Positions 46,763 to 58,880 of a DNA stretch of 64,000 nt are shown here, piece after piece. The notes under the pieces are model-generated. The model worked only from the letters and a program-made list of their open reading frames with translations, did no database searches and was not told the origin of the DNA. Source of the stretch: Psammoneis japonica (lineage: Eukaryota); contig QPGO01000075.1 in assembly GCA_008632985.1 (NCBI GenBank), forward strand, positions 64,517 through 128,516, in the 5' to 3' direction. Position 1 is the first letter of the stretch. Every line of letters starts with the position of its first letter. Made by a program: the position numbers and the translations under genes.

Positions 46763-47022
46763 GGCCTGTTCAGGCTCCAGGTGATCTGCTTTTCATCACG
46801 CGAGAGGCCGATTTTCTGCGCAGTTTAGCGCAATTGACTCCTTCAATTTTGATCGTTTTGAAAATCGAAAGGTGAGTGTACACCCGAAAACACATGCAAA
46901 GTGTGCACTTGCCCTTCGATTTGGCAAAAAACGGATTTGGAAAAAGCCAATTGCGCCCAATGCACAAATTTCCAGATGATGGGAATCGAACCCGCGCGGA
47001 GCACCTGGAGCTGGAACAGGCC
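46763..47022. repeat. Imperfect inverted repeat of about 260 bp, CpG-retaining
   Basis: GGCCTGTTCAGGCTCCAGGTG...GCGCAATTG...AAATCGAAAGGTGAGTGTACAC pairs with GTGTGCACTTGCCCTTCGATTT...CAATTGCGC...CACCTGGAGCTGGAACAGGCC. Confidence 0.8.
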
Positions 47023-47969
47023 TCCTGGCACCCACCAAAGAGCACCCTCAGCCAGAGCTTTTCTGCAGCTGTTGCTCCAACACAGCTCTGAAACAAGCAC
47101 TGCCTGGCACCCACCACCACAAATGCACCAAGTGCCTTCAGTTTCCCACACAGTTGTTTGGCTTGTGCACATGGCCCATTTTGACCTGCAACAGCTTTGC
47201 CTGCACCAAATTTCAGGTCTTTTTTTCTCGTGGTTCAAGTGGGCAACAAGTGGCTGCATGGGCAAGAGAGCAGCAACCCTGCAGCCAGTTGTCAACTTTT
47301 GCCTGGTGCCCACCAAATCACCCTTGGAGACTTCAACAAAAAGCTGGGCCATTTTTGCCACACTGTGTTTGCACAGCCAATTTTGTCATGTGCAGGCTTT
47401 GCGACATTTCTCACAAAGGATGGCACAACTGACATGGCGGGACATCTGAAAATGACTCTGGATCTTTCTCTGTCAGTGTCCCCAGCCCTGTGGATGCTGC
47501 GCCCAGTCATGTGGCACTCTGGCGACCTCACCTCCCACTCTCCTGCACTCCCCAATGATTCAAAATGCTCTTGTCTCCACCCAAAAGTGGGGACTTTGAC
47601 TTCCTGGTTTGATGATCTTAAATTGCGTGTGCTGTTGAGGCACCCACAATTGCAGATTGTTTGATTTCTGTTCAAGCTGTGATGGGTGGCAGGCAGCGGC
47701 AGCTCGGATGATGTTTTGATGCCACACTTGGCTGGATGGACTGTGATGGTTGACGGCACACCATTGGCAGATTGCGCTGCAAATGACACCATGTTGCCAG
47801 TGCTCCAGTGCTGGCTAGATTGGGGTGCTTTGCATGAATTGTTTTGACCTCTGCAACAAATGTCTGGCTTCTCAGCTGCATGTCTGTCTGGTGCTTCTGT
47901 TGTTGTTCATTGGGTCAAAGGTCACCAAGATTGCACAGCACCCCCCAAATCTCTTTCTCTTCAAGCTGA

Positions 47970-50690
47970 GCCAAGTGCTCATGATGATGAGTTTGCTGCT
48001 GATGGATGCCAAGGCCAAGGTCTGTTTTCTGGCAACACCTCTCTGGCTCCTTGTGAGCCACACTGCACTGCAAACTTGGTCATTTGGGGCTGCTCTGTTG
48101 CTTCCACATGCAAGTCACTCCCGCAACATGAAGCTTCCATTCCAGCTCTTTGACTGCAGCACATGATGGGCAACAAGTGTGGCTGGTCAGATGAGCTGCT
48201 CACCTTGATTGATTGGACAATGCACTCCAAGTTGATGTCTTGTGATGTTTGCCACAAAGTCAGCACAGTCAAGCTGGTGTGTGAGGCTTGCCACCCACGA
48301 ACAAGACAGCCAATTGCTGCAACCCACCACTCACCCAGCCAGATTGTTGTACCTGTTGTGAGCATCCCATGGAGCACTGGGATTGTGCTCTTCATTGTCC
48401 TCACAACAAAGCCTGGCACAGGAAGTTTGTTCTCCAAGGAACACACAAAAAGTGCAGCAATGTTGATGTCTCCTCACCCTCCAAGCATGACTTGCTCCAA
48501 CAGTCTGCTCTGTCCTGATGAGATTCTTTTGACAACATGAAAGCGGTTGCCAAGACAGTGTGAGTTGGTGGCATCTTTTTCTTGATGGCCGCTTTTCTTC
48601 TGTGGTGCAAAACTTGGGCATCACACTTGCTGATCAGTGGATTGCATTGCAACCAGAATTCAGGGGAGTCAATGATTGGGTTCGGCAGCAACAACCTGTG
48701 CTTTTGTTTGGTCTCAGCAGCAGGAGCTGGGGGGCTCAGTGCATGGCAATTGCTCTCATGGCCACAACTTTGTCAACCAGGAAGTCAGCTCAGTGACACA
48801 AAGGATGATGAGGTGCACTTGTTTGGCTCATTTGAGAAACATCTTGCTCACTCCATGCACACATGGACTGTGCAGCTGGTTGGCTGCAGTGAAACCCATG
48901 TTCAACAGGTTGACTCAATGTTTTGCCACTGGGCAAATGGAGCCACATCAGAGGCTGCAACATGGGGATTTTTGCTTTCCTCCTTCACAAGCTTTGCATC
49001 TTTTGTTGTCACAAATGTTTGCAAATGAAAAGATCAAAATCCCAGTGACAGCAGTTGATGCAATGTGTTTGCATTTGACATTTCCATTTCAGTCTCAATT
49101 GACTTTTCTGAAAACTGATTGATGCAAACATGTTTGTTTTTGACAATGATTTTAATTGTCACCAAGTTTTTGTGGTGCACCTTTTTGCTTTTCATTGGAT
49201 TTTTGCAGTTGAACTTGGTTTTGACTTTGTTTCTCCCACTCATGTGCCTGTGTTGTTGGCATGTGCAGCACGTGCTTCCCTGCGCTGCGCTGCACCTTGT
49301 TGCCCCTGCAAGCTCAAGTGGCCACCACACACCCCAATGCATGTTTCCCTCTTGCTTTCTCAGTGTTGCGTGCCACATCCTCCCGTTGTGTGATTTTTTC
49401 AGCATTTTGCGATTAAATTTTTACACATTTCATGACAGCACACCCTCTCCCCAAATGCCAAAAGAAGAGCATGTGCTGCGGTTGTGATTCACATGCATTT
49501 GACATGATGCCACCAACCGACAACAGGCCATGGTGGCGAATGACTTTGCCCTGTCAGCTGACAAGGTCAGCCCCAATTCCTTGTTTGTCCTCTTTGATGA
49601 CAATGTTGATTTTGACAACATTGAACATTTTGCTTGTGGTTTTGGCATGGAGTTGTTTGGACAAAAGTTCAAAAGCACAGCAGCTGCAACATGTGCCTCC
49701 TCCAAAAAGCAGCTTGTGGAGCAAACAAATTGGGCACCATCTCTGGAATTCCTTGCACTTCCCTTCCTTTGCTGACAGAAAAACAAGCTGAGGAAATGCT
49801 TGGGCAGATGCAGGGTGCTGCAAGCCTGTCCAAAGGAAGACACCAATGTAAAAAATGAGGCAAAAAGAATGAGGAAGCTGAGCCAATTGAAGAACCATTC
49901 ACGCCAACTTGGGAGGGCAAGACTGTGGAAACCACTGTGGTGGGTGAAAAACTGACCAACAAGGAAGCGCATGTGTGGTTTTGCAACAATGTGCTGAAAT
50001 TCTCCAAGAGCACTGCAGCATGGAGCACAGCCAACTGCAGCAAGCAACAAAGATCCAAGCTGTTGGCACCAGAAAACTGCTGGAAAACAATGAATCACAA
50101 GGCAGCAAATGAGCAAAAGTTTTGACAGGGAGATGAAGACAAGGACAAGAAGGGAGAGAGCTGGAAACCACCAGCGCCAATGCACACAAACCCTGAGCAT
50201 CTTGTGATTCATGGGGAGATGCAGGAACAGAGTGACTCAATGAGCTGCAGCTCATGCAGATGAGCTTGCCGGTGGATGCCAAGGTCTGTTTTCTTCAAGC
50301 GACACCTCTTTGGCTCCCTTGTGAGCCACACTGCTCCATGAACTTGGTCATTTGGTGTGCTGCTCTGTTGCTTCCACATGCAAGTCAGTCCTGCAACATG
50401 AAAGAGCTTCCAGCGCCCAGCTCTTTGACTGCACATGTGATGGGTCACAAGCATGTGGCTGCTGGCTGGGTGAACCACTCACCTCATTTGATTGGACAGT
50501 GCACTCCAAGTTGTTGACATGCACAGCTGTGACACCCTGCTCACCCAGCCAGATTGTTGCACCCATTGTGAGCATTGCATGGAGGGCTGGGGCTGTGTTC
50601 TTCATTGTCCTCACACAACAAAGCTCGGCACACACAGGAAGTTTGTTCTCCAATGGCTGCACAAGAAGTGTGACGACATTGCTGTCAATG
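47970..50690 (+). repeat. Dispersed direct repeat pair (about 47970-48470 and 50240-50690)
   Basis: Shared CCAAGGTCTGTTTTCT, TTGTGAGCCACACTGC, GCTGCTCTGTTGCTTCCACATGCAAGTCA, TCACCCAGCCAGATTGTTG and ACAGGAAGTTTGTTCTCCAA. Confidence 0.85.
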
Positions 50691-51191
50691 CACCAAATGC
50701 AGGATTGAATTGGGTGGAGGATGGATGGGCAAGCAAAGGAGGGATGATGACAGATGACGATGACGTGATTGTTTCGTTTGTGTTCTTTCATTGCCAGCTG
50801 CTTTGTTCGAACGTGTTGCTGGCCTGGCATCACAGTCAGGTGGCAGCACCAATCTTGGCCAGTTGCCATGGAGTTGCAGGATGGAAGTACAGCAGCACTT
50901 TAAAAACACAGATGTTAGGTTTTGTTCTGTGTTTGCCCACCTTTCCTCTCAACTGATATTGTGTCTGTGTCTCCGAATTGTTTTAGATTCCACGGCCAGA
51001 TTGCATTGGGCGGAAGGACGGACGGGCAAAGTACAGAAGGTATGATGACAGACGACGATGACGTGATTATTTTTTGATTTGTGTTCTTTCATTTTTTTTG
51101 CCGTGTCGCCTTGAGTGTGAAACGTGTGTACCACAGGGCTTACTGTTGTTTCTGTTGTTCCTGCTGTAGTTCTTATCAGCACAAACGAGAT

Positions 51192-54023
51192 ATGCCTTCT
51201 TTAGGATATGCAGAAGCCTTGCGGCGAGGGTCCCCACAAAATTCTGAACGAACAAAAAAAGCGCAAAAGCAAGTGCCGCAAGTACCTGCCCCCGAAAAAA
51301 CACAGCCGCCAAGGAATAACAAGAATCCGTGGAAAAGCGCATCTGGTCTACCGCCGAGTTCAGCATGGGGATCCATAAATACTTCTGCTTCGAAAAGAAT
51401 AAAAAGCGAGCAAGGAGAACCGATGGCTCCAGAGAGGATGAATCATCGTATTGCTCCCAAACAGGCTTCACCGTGGGCCCGTAATCCGTTGAATACAAAC
51501 ACCGTGGGTTCAGCCACTGTCTCTCCCTCACCGAAAGTCAGCTCAAGGAAACCAATCAACGGCCCTCTTGCTGTAGCCCCTGCAAAGAAATTGAACGAGA
51601 AACGAGAACAAAAGAAGGGAGATGTTGACTTTCGATCTTCAAACGACTTTCCAGCCTTGTCACCCGCTGCGCCTGTTGTTGCGGCGTCGCCTGCGGTCAA
51701 ACGAAAGCAACCACAACCTCAGCACGATTCAAGCAGAGCAAAAAAGACCCCGCCTCAGAAAAAGAAGAAAGCAAGCAGCCAGTCTAGTACTTTTTCCAAA
51801 GAGCCTGTCAGTAAGAAGGCGTCGCTACCAAAGAAAAAGGTAGCTCTCAAACAGGAACAGTCGCTATCTGACCACCACTCGAGCAATATGCTTACTTTTC
51901 CAAACAAGATATTATCACCACCGTCGCAAGATCAACGTCAAGGTGGAGGAACAGAGCTATTGTCGTTGGTACAGAAACAAGGAGGAGCACTTTCCTCGGG
52001 CCGACAACGACTCCATCCTCGAAAGAAGATATTCACCTCGCTCAAGAAAAAGGTGCTACAAGAACGATTGGAAATATGGAAGAAACAACAGGAACAAGCC
52101 GAACAGGAAAAGAACAAGTCCGTCTCTATCGAGGAAGGAAATGCATCGAATGAAATGAGTTTAGATTCTTCACCCGCTTGTTGTCACGCTGTGTCGTTGA
52201 ACAGGTTCTGTACATTTGAGGAAATACAAGATGAGGACGAGCATGCGGAACTATTGGATAACTTGACGAGCATGGCAGCAAAAATTGGATCAACCACAGA
52301 CATCTTTGTAGAAGCTGTTGGTCATGACGCTGTCGCTTTTGTTGTTTTCGAGAATATTCCCGACGCGCAGGCAGCCAAGGCGTGCTGGGACGGGTTTGTG
52401 CTCGGCGGAGAACGGCTACGAACCACCATACTGAATGTGTCACTCCAGTCGACAGAGACGGATCTAGCGGCTACCTCATGGCGTCCAGCACTTCTTCATG
52501 CATATCAGGAATCTATCCAGCAGCATGAACGACCCTCTCCTGAGCCGCATGCTACAGAGCTCATGACAAAGAACGGGGTGCGAGTTCTGCTTGGCAATTT
52601 ACTCACCAAGGATGATTTTGAGGATGAAGATAGTTTGGAAGAAAGCTTGGGAGATATTCGCACGATGATCGAGGGCTACGGAGAAATTGTAAATATCGAA
52701 GCTCGAAGAGAAGACTGTACCGCGATCCTTACGTTCAGCACCCTCGAAAATGCTACGGGAGCCGCCAAGCATTTTGCTGGAAAAGTGATTGGCGGACAGC
52801 ATATTGTAGCTCGACTGTTAGATACCAAGTTGGAGGATGGGGGAGTAGAGCAGACAAGGAGACCGAGCACTACTATTGCGCTTGACAATTTTTTGACCGA
52901 AGATGATCTGGAGGACGAGGATAATTTGGAGGAATGCTTGGAAGACCTTCGAACGATGGCAGAGGCTGTCGGCACAATCAGCGACGTACAAATCTCCAAG
53001 GATTATCATGGGACTGTTCTCATAGCATATAGTGACAGGACTAGTGCAGAAAGGGCACTACGACATTTTTCTGGCAGGGTCATCGGTGGTCAAATTGTGT
53101 CGGCTTCCATGCACAACGAAAACGTTGGTGTAGAAGTGCAAGATGACGCGGCGTCGTGGATCGTATTGACAAATGTGCTAACCGAAGAAGACTTAGATGA
53201 CAAAGATTGTCTTGAAGAAACCAAGGATGACATTGCCGAGCTTGCCGGACGGTACGGGCAAGTCCTTTCTGTAATTGTAGATACTGACATTGGTGGAGGG
53301 CGTATTAGAATAGAGTACGGTGGGAGCCAGAGCGTCGCCTCAGTTGCAGCTAGCAAGCTTGACGGGGTTACGGTAGGGGGGCAAAAGATATTGGCCACCG
53401 TGTTGTCAACAAACGACACCGAAAAAGAAAGCATGAAGCACGAGCCCATCCCAACACCTATAACGACAGCGAAACAACATGGCACGGGTTCCGACAACAA
53501 AGATGCGCCTCATCCTCAGTTATTTTCGGGCGACAAACTAATTTCTGAGCGATTCGCAGAATGCAAACGTGCGCCAAAGATCTCCAACGTTGCACCCGGT
53601 CCACGCCATTATGCTGCTTTTGTTGATGACGAAAGAGTCAAGCCTCTTCTCATCGAGATGCTGGGAGAACTTATGAGACTACAGAACCGTGCTATCGAGG
53701 ACAAAAATGCGAAGGCGAGAAGGCGTATTGTCATGGGCCTAAGGGAGGTAGCACGTGGCATCAGATCACACAAGGTGAAAATGGTGGTAATGGCCAACAA
53801 TCTTGATCATTACGGTGCCATTGATGAAAAACTGCAAGGAATTCTGGACCTCGCTAGCCAAGAAGACGTTCCCGTCTTTTTTGAGTTCAGCAAGAGACTA
53901 CTGGGAAAGGCAGTTGGCAAGAACATCAAGGTTGCTGTCGTTGGCATCCAGAATGCGGACGGAGCACACCAGCAATTCAAGAAGCTACTTCAGATCAAAT
54001 CTAAGTCAGGATACGGGGCATAA
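51192..54023 (+). CDS. SECISBP2: SECIS-binding protein 2-like (K-rich SID motif plus L7Ae domain) with four inserted UHM/RRM-like repeats
   Basis: KKIFTSLKKKVLQER; KARRRIVMGLREVARGIRSHKVKMVVMANN...SKRLLGKAVGKNIKVAVVGI. Confidence 0.85.
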   Translation: MPSLGYAEALRRGSPQNSERTKKAQKQVPQVPAPEKTQPPRNNKNPWKSASGLPPSSAWGSINTSASKRIKSEQGEPMAPERMNHRIAPKQASPWARNPLNTNTVGSATVSPSPKVSSRKPINGPLAVAPAKKLNEKREQKKGDVDFRSSNDFPALSPAAPVVAASPAVKRKQPQPQHDSSRAKKTPPQKKKKASSQSSTFSKEPVSKKASLPKKKVALKQEQSLSDHHSSNMLTFPNKILSPPSQDQRQGGGTELLSLVQKQGGALSSGRQRLHPRKKIFTSLKKKVLQERLEIWKKQQEQAEQEKNKSVSIEEGNASNEMSLDSSPACCHAVSLNRFCTFEEIQDEDEHAELLDNLTSMAAKIGSTTDIFVEAVGHDAVAFVVFENIPDAQAAKACWDGFVLGGERLRTTILNVSLQSTETDLAATSWRPALLHAYQESIQQHERPSPEPHATELMTKNGVRVLLGNLLTKDDFEDEDSLEESLGDIRTMIEGYGEIVNIEARREDCTAILTFSTLENATGAAKHFAGKVIGGQHIVARLLDTKLEDGGVEQTRRPSTTIALDNFLTEDDLEDEDNLEECLEDLRTMAEAVGTISDVQISKDYHGTVLIAYSDRTSAERALRHFSGRVIGGQIVSASMHNENVGVEVQDDAASWIVLTNVLTEEDLDDKDCLEETKDDIAELAGRYGQVLSVIVDTDIGGGRIRIEYGGSQSVASVAASKLDGVTVGGQKILATVLSTNDTEKESMKHEPIPTPITTAKQHGTGSDNKDAPHPQLFSGDKLISERFAECKRAPKISNVAPGPRHYAAFVDDERVKPLLIEMLGELMRLQNRAIEDKNAKARRRIVMGLREVARGIRSHKVKMVVMANNLDHYGAIDEKLQGILDLASQEDVPVFFEFSKRLLGKAVGKNIKVAVVGIQNADGAHQQFKKLLQIKSKSGYGA

Positions 54024-54388
54024 TACAATCCGTAGCGACCGGGCGAGATAGCGAAAGATAGGAGATAAGCCCAAAGCCCTGACGAGACACTATTGCAGTG
54101 TCTTCGGTACGGAACATAGCTTAAGTATTTTGCTTTGGTTTCACATACCGGTTGCAAACAACAATCGATGGAAGCGAGCCCTCGGAATGTGCGCGCAGCA
54201 CTCCGTCGCAACAAACCTGACGGGACAAGACGAAAATTCGAGCTTCACATTCCTTGTTGTACGGTAGACCGTGCAAACGACGAAATCTGCACATATATTT
54301 TGGCGTACAGGTATGCCAGGTAGAGAAACGACATTCGTTTCGGAATGAATGGATGTCTTAATGGAAATTGGCTATTATTATTCTTGTG

Positions 54389-57300
54389 CTACTTCTTCTT
54401 CCTCACGTTTCTTCTCCATTTTGCGGGCAAGTCATAAACCGACTTTTGGCGAATGGTTTTTTGCTTGTCCACCTCAACACATTGCACAACTCAACTTCTG
54501 ACACGGACTTTCGAAATTCAGCGAAGCTATAAAGTGACAATTTTCCCTCCTTGCAACAATCCTTGAAAAGTTCTTGCAGCAACTTCGACCGATTGGGATG
54601 GTCATGTCCCATGTGCATGTTTATGACGCGAAACATATAGCCATATGAATCCGGACTCAGCTGGAGGTCATTCCCATTCTTTAACACCGAGAAGAGTCTC
54701 ATTCCTCTTTCCAGCGTTTCGGAGGACTTCTTCTTGTCATCACTCGGAACGTGTGCGCAGGCTTTGAGAACGGCATCATATGAGCTGGAATCAGGCTTGA
54801 CGTCTTTGAATGCGTGGAGCTTGCTCAGCTCAATCGAACGATCCAAAAGTAATTCTGCGTTTCTGTCGCCGTCTATTTGTCGGCTGTTTGCCCATGCATT
54901 CATACAAATCGAAAAGAACTTTGTGCTTGGCTTCGGACCATCTTTCTGCTCAGCACGATCAATCATTCGTTCCAGCACGCCTTGTGCTTTCGCAGGATCA
55001 GAAGGGTTACCTCTATCCATATAATTCAATAGTACTCGCCTGTACAAGTCCGCGCTCGGTGCCGTCACATTGGCACCCAAGTCATAAGCTGACACCATTT
55101 CGTCAAGCAGTGACTCAGCGCGTTCAGCCCCATTTTCTGCCAGGCTTTCCCCCCATTTCTGCATAACCTGGAGATAATCCAGTTCATCAGCAAAAACAGC
55201 GAGATCTTCACTGTGAAATGCATCTTTCATTCGCAATGCTTCTTCGGCACGTTCAGCAGACTCCGGTGAGCTTGAATTCATCCAAGCGCGCAGCAATGTG
55301 ACAAACGAAAGCGAAGACGGTTTTGAGTTCTCGTCTCCTCCTCTGTACCTAATCATCATTCGGTCGAATAATTCTTGTGCTCTTTCTGGACTGGACAACC
55401 TCATTACTGCATTGTACGTCCAAGCACTGGGGGCTGGGATTGATACTCCGTTTCTTCGCCCCGTTTCCATGCATTGTAACAGTGAATCGATTTTAGTGAT
55501 TCCTTCTTGAGTGTCTGAGTCTGCATACGCAGCAATTACACAGTTGAAAAGAGAGGAATCTGAAAAACGATGATCCTTTCTCTCGAAGTTGTCGGACTCG
55601 GAATCGTAGCACCTGTTTAGCAGTTCTTCTGCCTGTCGTGCCGCCTCCAAAGTCCCCAAATTTTTGTACGCGGTTGCTAACGACGTATAACTGACAAGGT
55701 CGGGACGGCATTTTGGCCCGTATACACCGGATTCCATACCAAAGAGAAGCTCTCTTGCTTTTTCCAGCGCCCCACATTCACGCCGCCTTCTTCCCAGTGT
55801 GTTCAACACGATATTAAAGAAGTGTAGATCCAAGACATCTTTTTCTTTTCCACTACACAAAGAGTCAAAAACTTCCAGTATTTTGGAAGTAGGAGTGCCT
55901 GATAGGTCATATATTTTCATCAACGCAGAGTAGCTGTATTGATCTGGATGAACCCGCTCGTCTTTGGCCTTCATTCTAGATATGACTTCTTCTGCTTTCA
56001 TGTCGAGTCCCTTTCCATCCCTGGCCTGATGTGCGTAGAAATTAAGTAATACATTGTAAGCAACTTCCGGTGGTTCAATTTGTGCCATTCTACGAGCAAT
56101 TTTTGGATTCGACTCGTTGGCCTTCGCCCTCTCCATTGATTCCATCTGATGCACCAAGTCTTCTAGTCTGTCACCTGTTCGACCGTCACTTTGGCAGTGT
56201 CTTGAGAGTGCGGTAATGACACTCATAAAAGACGTGATGTTGGGGCGCGACCGCATGCGATACATGGGATCGCGCTGCAGGCTTTCTAGTTGCGTATGAT
56301 AACTTTTGCAAAGACGGTCCAGTACCTGATCTGCACGCATGGCTCCGTATGCGGTTTGAGTAGCCGCCCAAGCAAGAATAACAGAGTTGTAACAACCTGA
56401 ATCAGGACAAAGATGCTTGAAACCGGACTGCTTTGAAAGTCTTTCCATCTCCGATAGATGATTGTTCGCGGATTGAGCAAGCTTTCGATTCGACCTCGAA
56501 CCCTTTCGTAACGCCTCCAATAATACACCATAGGATTGAACAGTTGGGCGAACGGTACTGCGCGACGTCTTTTCATAATTTCCAAAATACGAGGAGAAAA
56601 TCCGTTCCACATGAAGGGGATCATAGAAAGCGTAGGCGGCCATGACGTGTTGAACCATATGAACGTCGATTCCGGTACTCAACACCGCAGCTTCCAAATG
56701 TCTTTCGGCGTGCTGAGCACATTTCTCTAGAGCCCTTCTTTTCTGAGGCATGTTCAGAGTTTTCGCTTTGCTAAACCGATGTCCGCAGTCCACCCATGCT
56801 TGAAGAGCAGTTTGGTAAGTGAGCTGGTCTGGCTGTGCCGTGTTAGAGGCCTCCATATCGTGAACGATGTCGTTCATGGTTTCACAGATTCTGTACTCAT
56901 CTTCAGCCGACAATGGCTTACACCGATAGTAGGCCGTCAATAACGAATTGTACAGGATGGTAGTCGGCTGGATTTCCATGCTCTTAGTGACATGCGCCAA
57001 TTCCTGAACATGCGGCTCAATATTGGGTAGCATTGAATTTGCCAACAGATGGTACATGGTCGTCAGAGTCATCACACTAGGTTTCGTGTCATAGCCACGT
57101 TTCTCGTAGTTGTCGACCATATCATGTAGAATCGCCATGCCGTGATCGAGCGCATGTCGGTCACCGGAGCTTACCCACGCTTTCAACGCGGAATCGTAAC
57201 TAACCGACGAAGGCTCAAGCATTTTGCCATTTCCTTCCTGGGATAACTCAATCAATAGATGTAGCAGCGCTTGAGCTCGTTCCGCTGCTGATGTCCCAAA

Positions 57301-58329
57301 GTTATCGTCGTCCGAGCTGCTCCGCTTGGCACACTTTGACCAAGCACCAATGACAATGTTGAAACTGATCGCAGTGGGCACAACAGCGCTCGACAAGGCC
57401 GATTTGTCAGGAGATGAAGGATTCAGCGTTTCCCCGTTCGTAGTTCTTTTGTGATGGAGCCACTGTTGTCCTGCTTGCATGAGAAGGTGCTCCGCATTTT
57501 GTGCTGCAATTCGCTGGGTTTCCACATTCGCTCCTCCGGCAAACGCTGACCATAGTTGCAACGTATGGTTTAAACTGAGAAGGAGCGTTTTTTGGATTCG
57601 TTCAGAGTCTTGAAGATGCTCTACCGGTTTTCCAGTGCTGTCGACTGGTCGAATGGAACATGCATTGTGTAGCAAGTCTTGCGCATCATATCCATCGTCC
57701 AGAGTCACTCGGGTAGAGGGGTGTGACGCATCATGCGCAAAGCCCCTTAGTGTGAACATGACAACTTTGAGAACTAGGTTGATATCGTCCACGTCAACCA
57801 ACATATCATGTTCTGGTAAGATTAGGGTTCTAACAATTCGTCCCAGTTGGCGACCCAAGATATCTTCTGACTTGGGCATAGGTTCTCCCTCAAGAACTAT
57901 TGGGCTTTGACGCATCCCCTTTACGTATGAGGTGGTGTGCAAACGCACAACAGCGTCTACGTGTTGAAGGAGCTTTTTGCGGTCGTATCCGTCGTCTAAC
58001 GCCTCTTGGACGCTATTGTAAGACAACAACCGCTGCGCAATACCCGGCACATCTTGAATATCTTTGTAACTTGTGGTTTCTGATCCCGTGCTCGTGGGTT
58101 TTTCTGCGGCGGAAAATGTCCGATTCGAAACAATTAGAGGTGCATTTCTTCCAGTTTCATCCAAAAGCGTTGAAGACTTGGTGAAATATGATCGGAGTAA
58201 TGTCCTCGATGCATGTTGAGACGGAGCAATACGCGAGTTGAACTTTACTGAACGTCCGGTTGACACGCGAGGAGCGACGCTTGGCATAAAAGGCGCATTT
58301 TGACGCCTCAGGACCACCTGTCTCCACAT
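54389..58329 (-). CDS. Large pentatricopeptide-repeat (PPR) protein, probably organellar; likely frameshift near the C-terminus (about 54460)
   Basis: Many P(D/T)xxS(Y/F)Nxx(I/L)xAW...AERA repeats; an alternative frame ends SVYDLPAKWRRNVRKKK* at 54389. Confidence 0.88.
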
Positions 58330-58880
58330 TGAAATTGAACGTTACTGACTTAGACTGTAGTGGTGGATGCGATCAGAAGGAATAGAAGGCGAGTACTGCT
58401 ACACGGCGCTCTTCCCGTCATCGTTGTGGTGCAAGTGCGTTGATTGAAATGATGTACCGTATATCTTCGGGTTGATTTTTTGCTAGAGGGCCATTAGACA
58501 TAATGGGGGGACCCCCCCATTTATTCGGTAATCTTTCTCCGTAGATGACATAATTACGGTATATTTACCAGTGTGACACAGAGGACTCCATGGAGGGGGC
58601 CCCTTATCTACCGGTAAGGCCACCGAGGACGAGACGCCGATGAGTCATACTGTATTCTGGAATCCGGAATCATTACACGTCAACCTGCTGCCCTTGTACT
58701 ATGTGCATTCGATGATCGGGAGTGGACACGACGTCAAGCAAGATTACTTTAAATAGCTCTCTGCTACTAGCCATAGCCATAGGGAACGAATGCTCTTTGC
58801 AAATGGTGAGAGAAAAGAGAGTTTGGAGTATCCTTGGTCTACACTACTATGACTCTTAGACATTGAATACACTCTATTCT

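Larger units (their letters stand above)
39250..50880. other. 11.6-kb TpA/CpG-depleted hypermutated block of TE fragments, repeats and decayed genes
   Basis: TA very rare and mostly TTAA/TTAG/CTAA; dozens of spurious overlapping Cys/His-rich ORFs; sharp return to normal composition near 50880-51000. Confidence 0.9.

Noticed and set aside
46975..47060. tRNA gene on the minus strand
   Set aside because: Only a B-box/T-loop-like motif is present; I could not fold a cloverleaf.
39957..50956. Dozens of short ORFs on both strands
   Set aside because: Same compositional artefact. Only the OSCA fragments gave a coherent, collinear family match.
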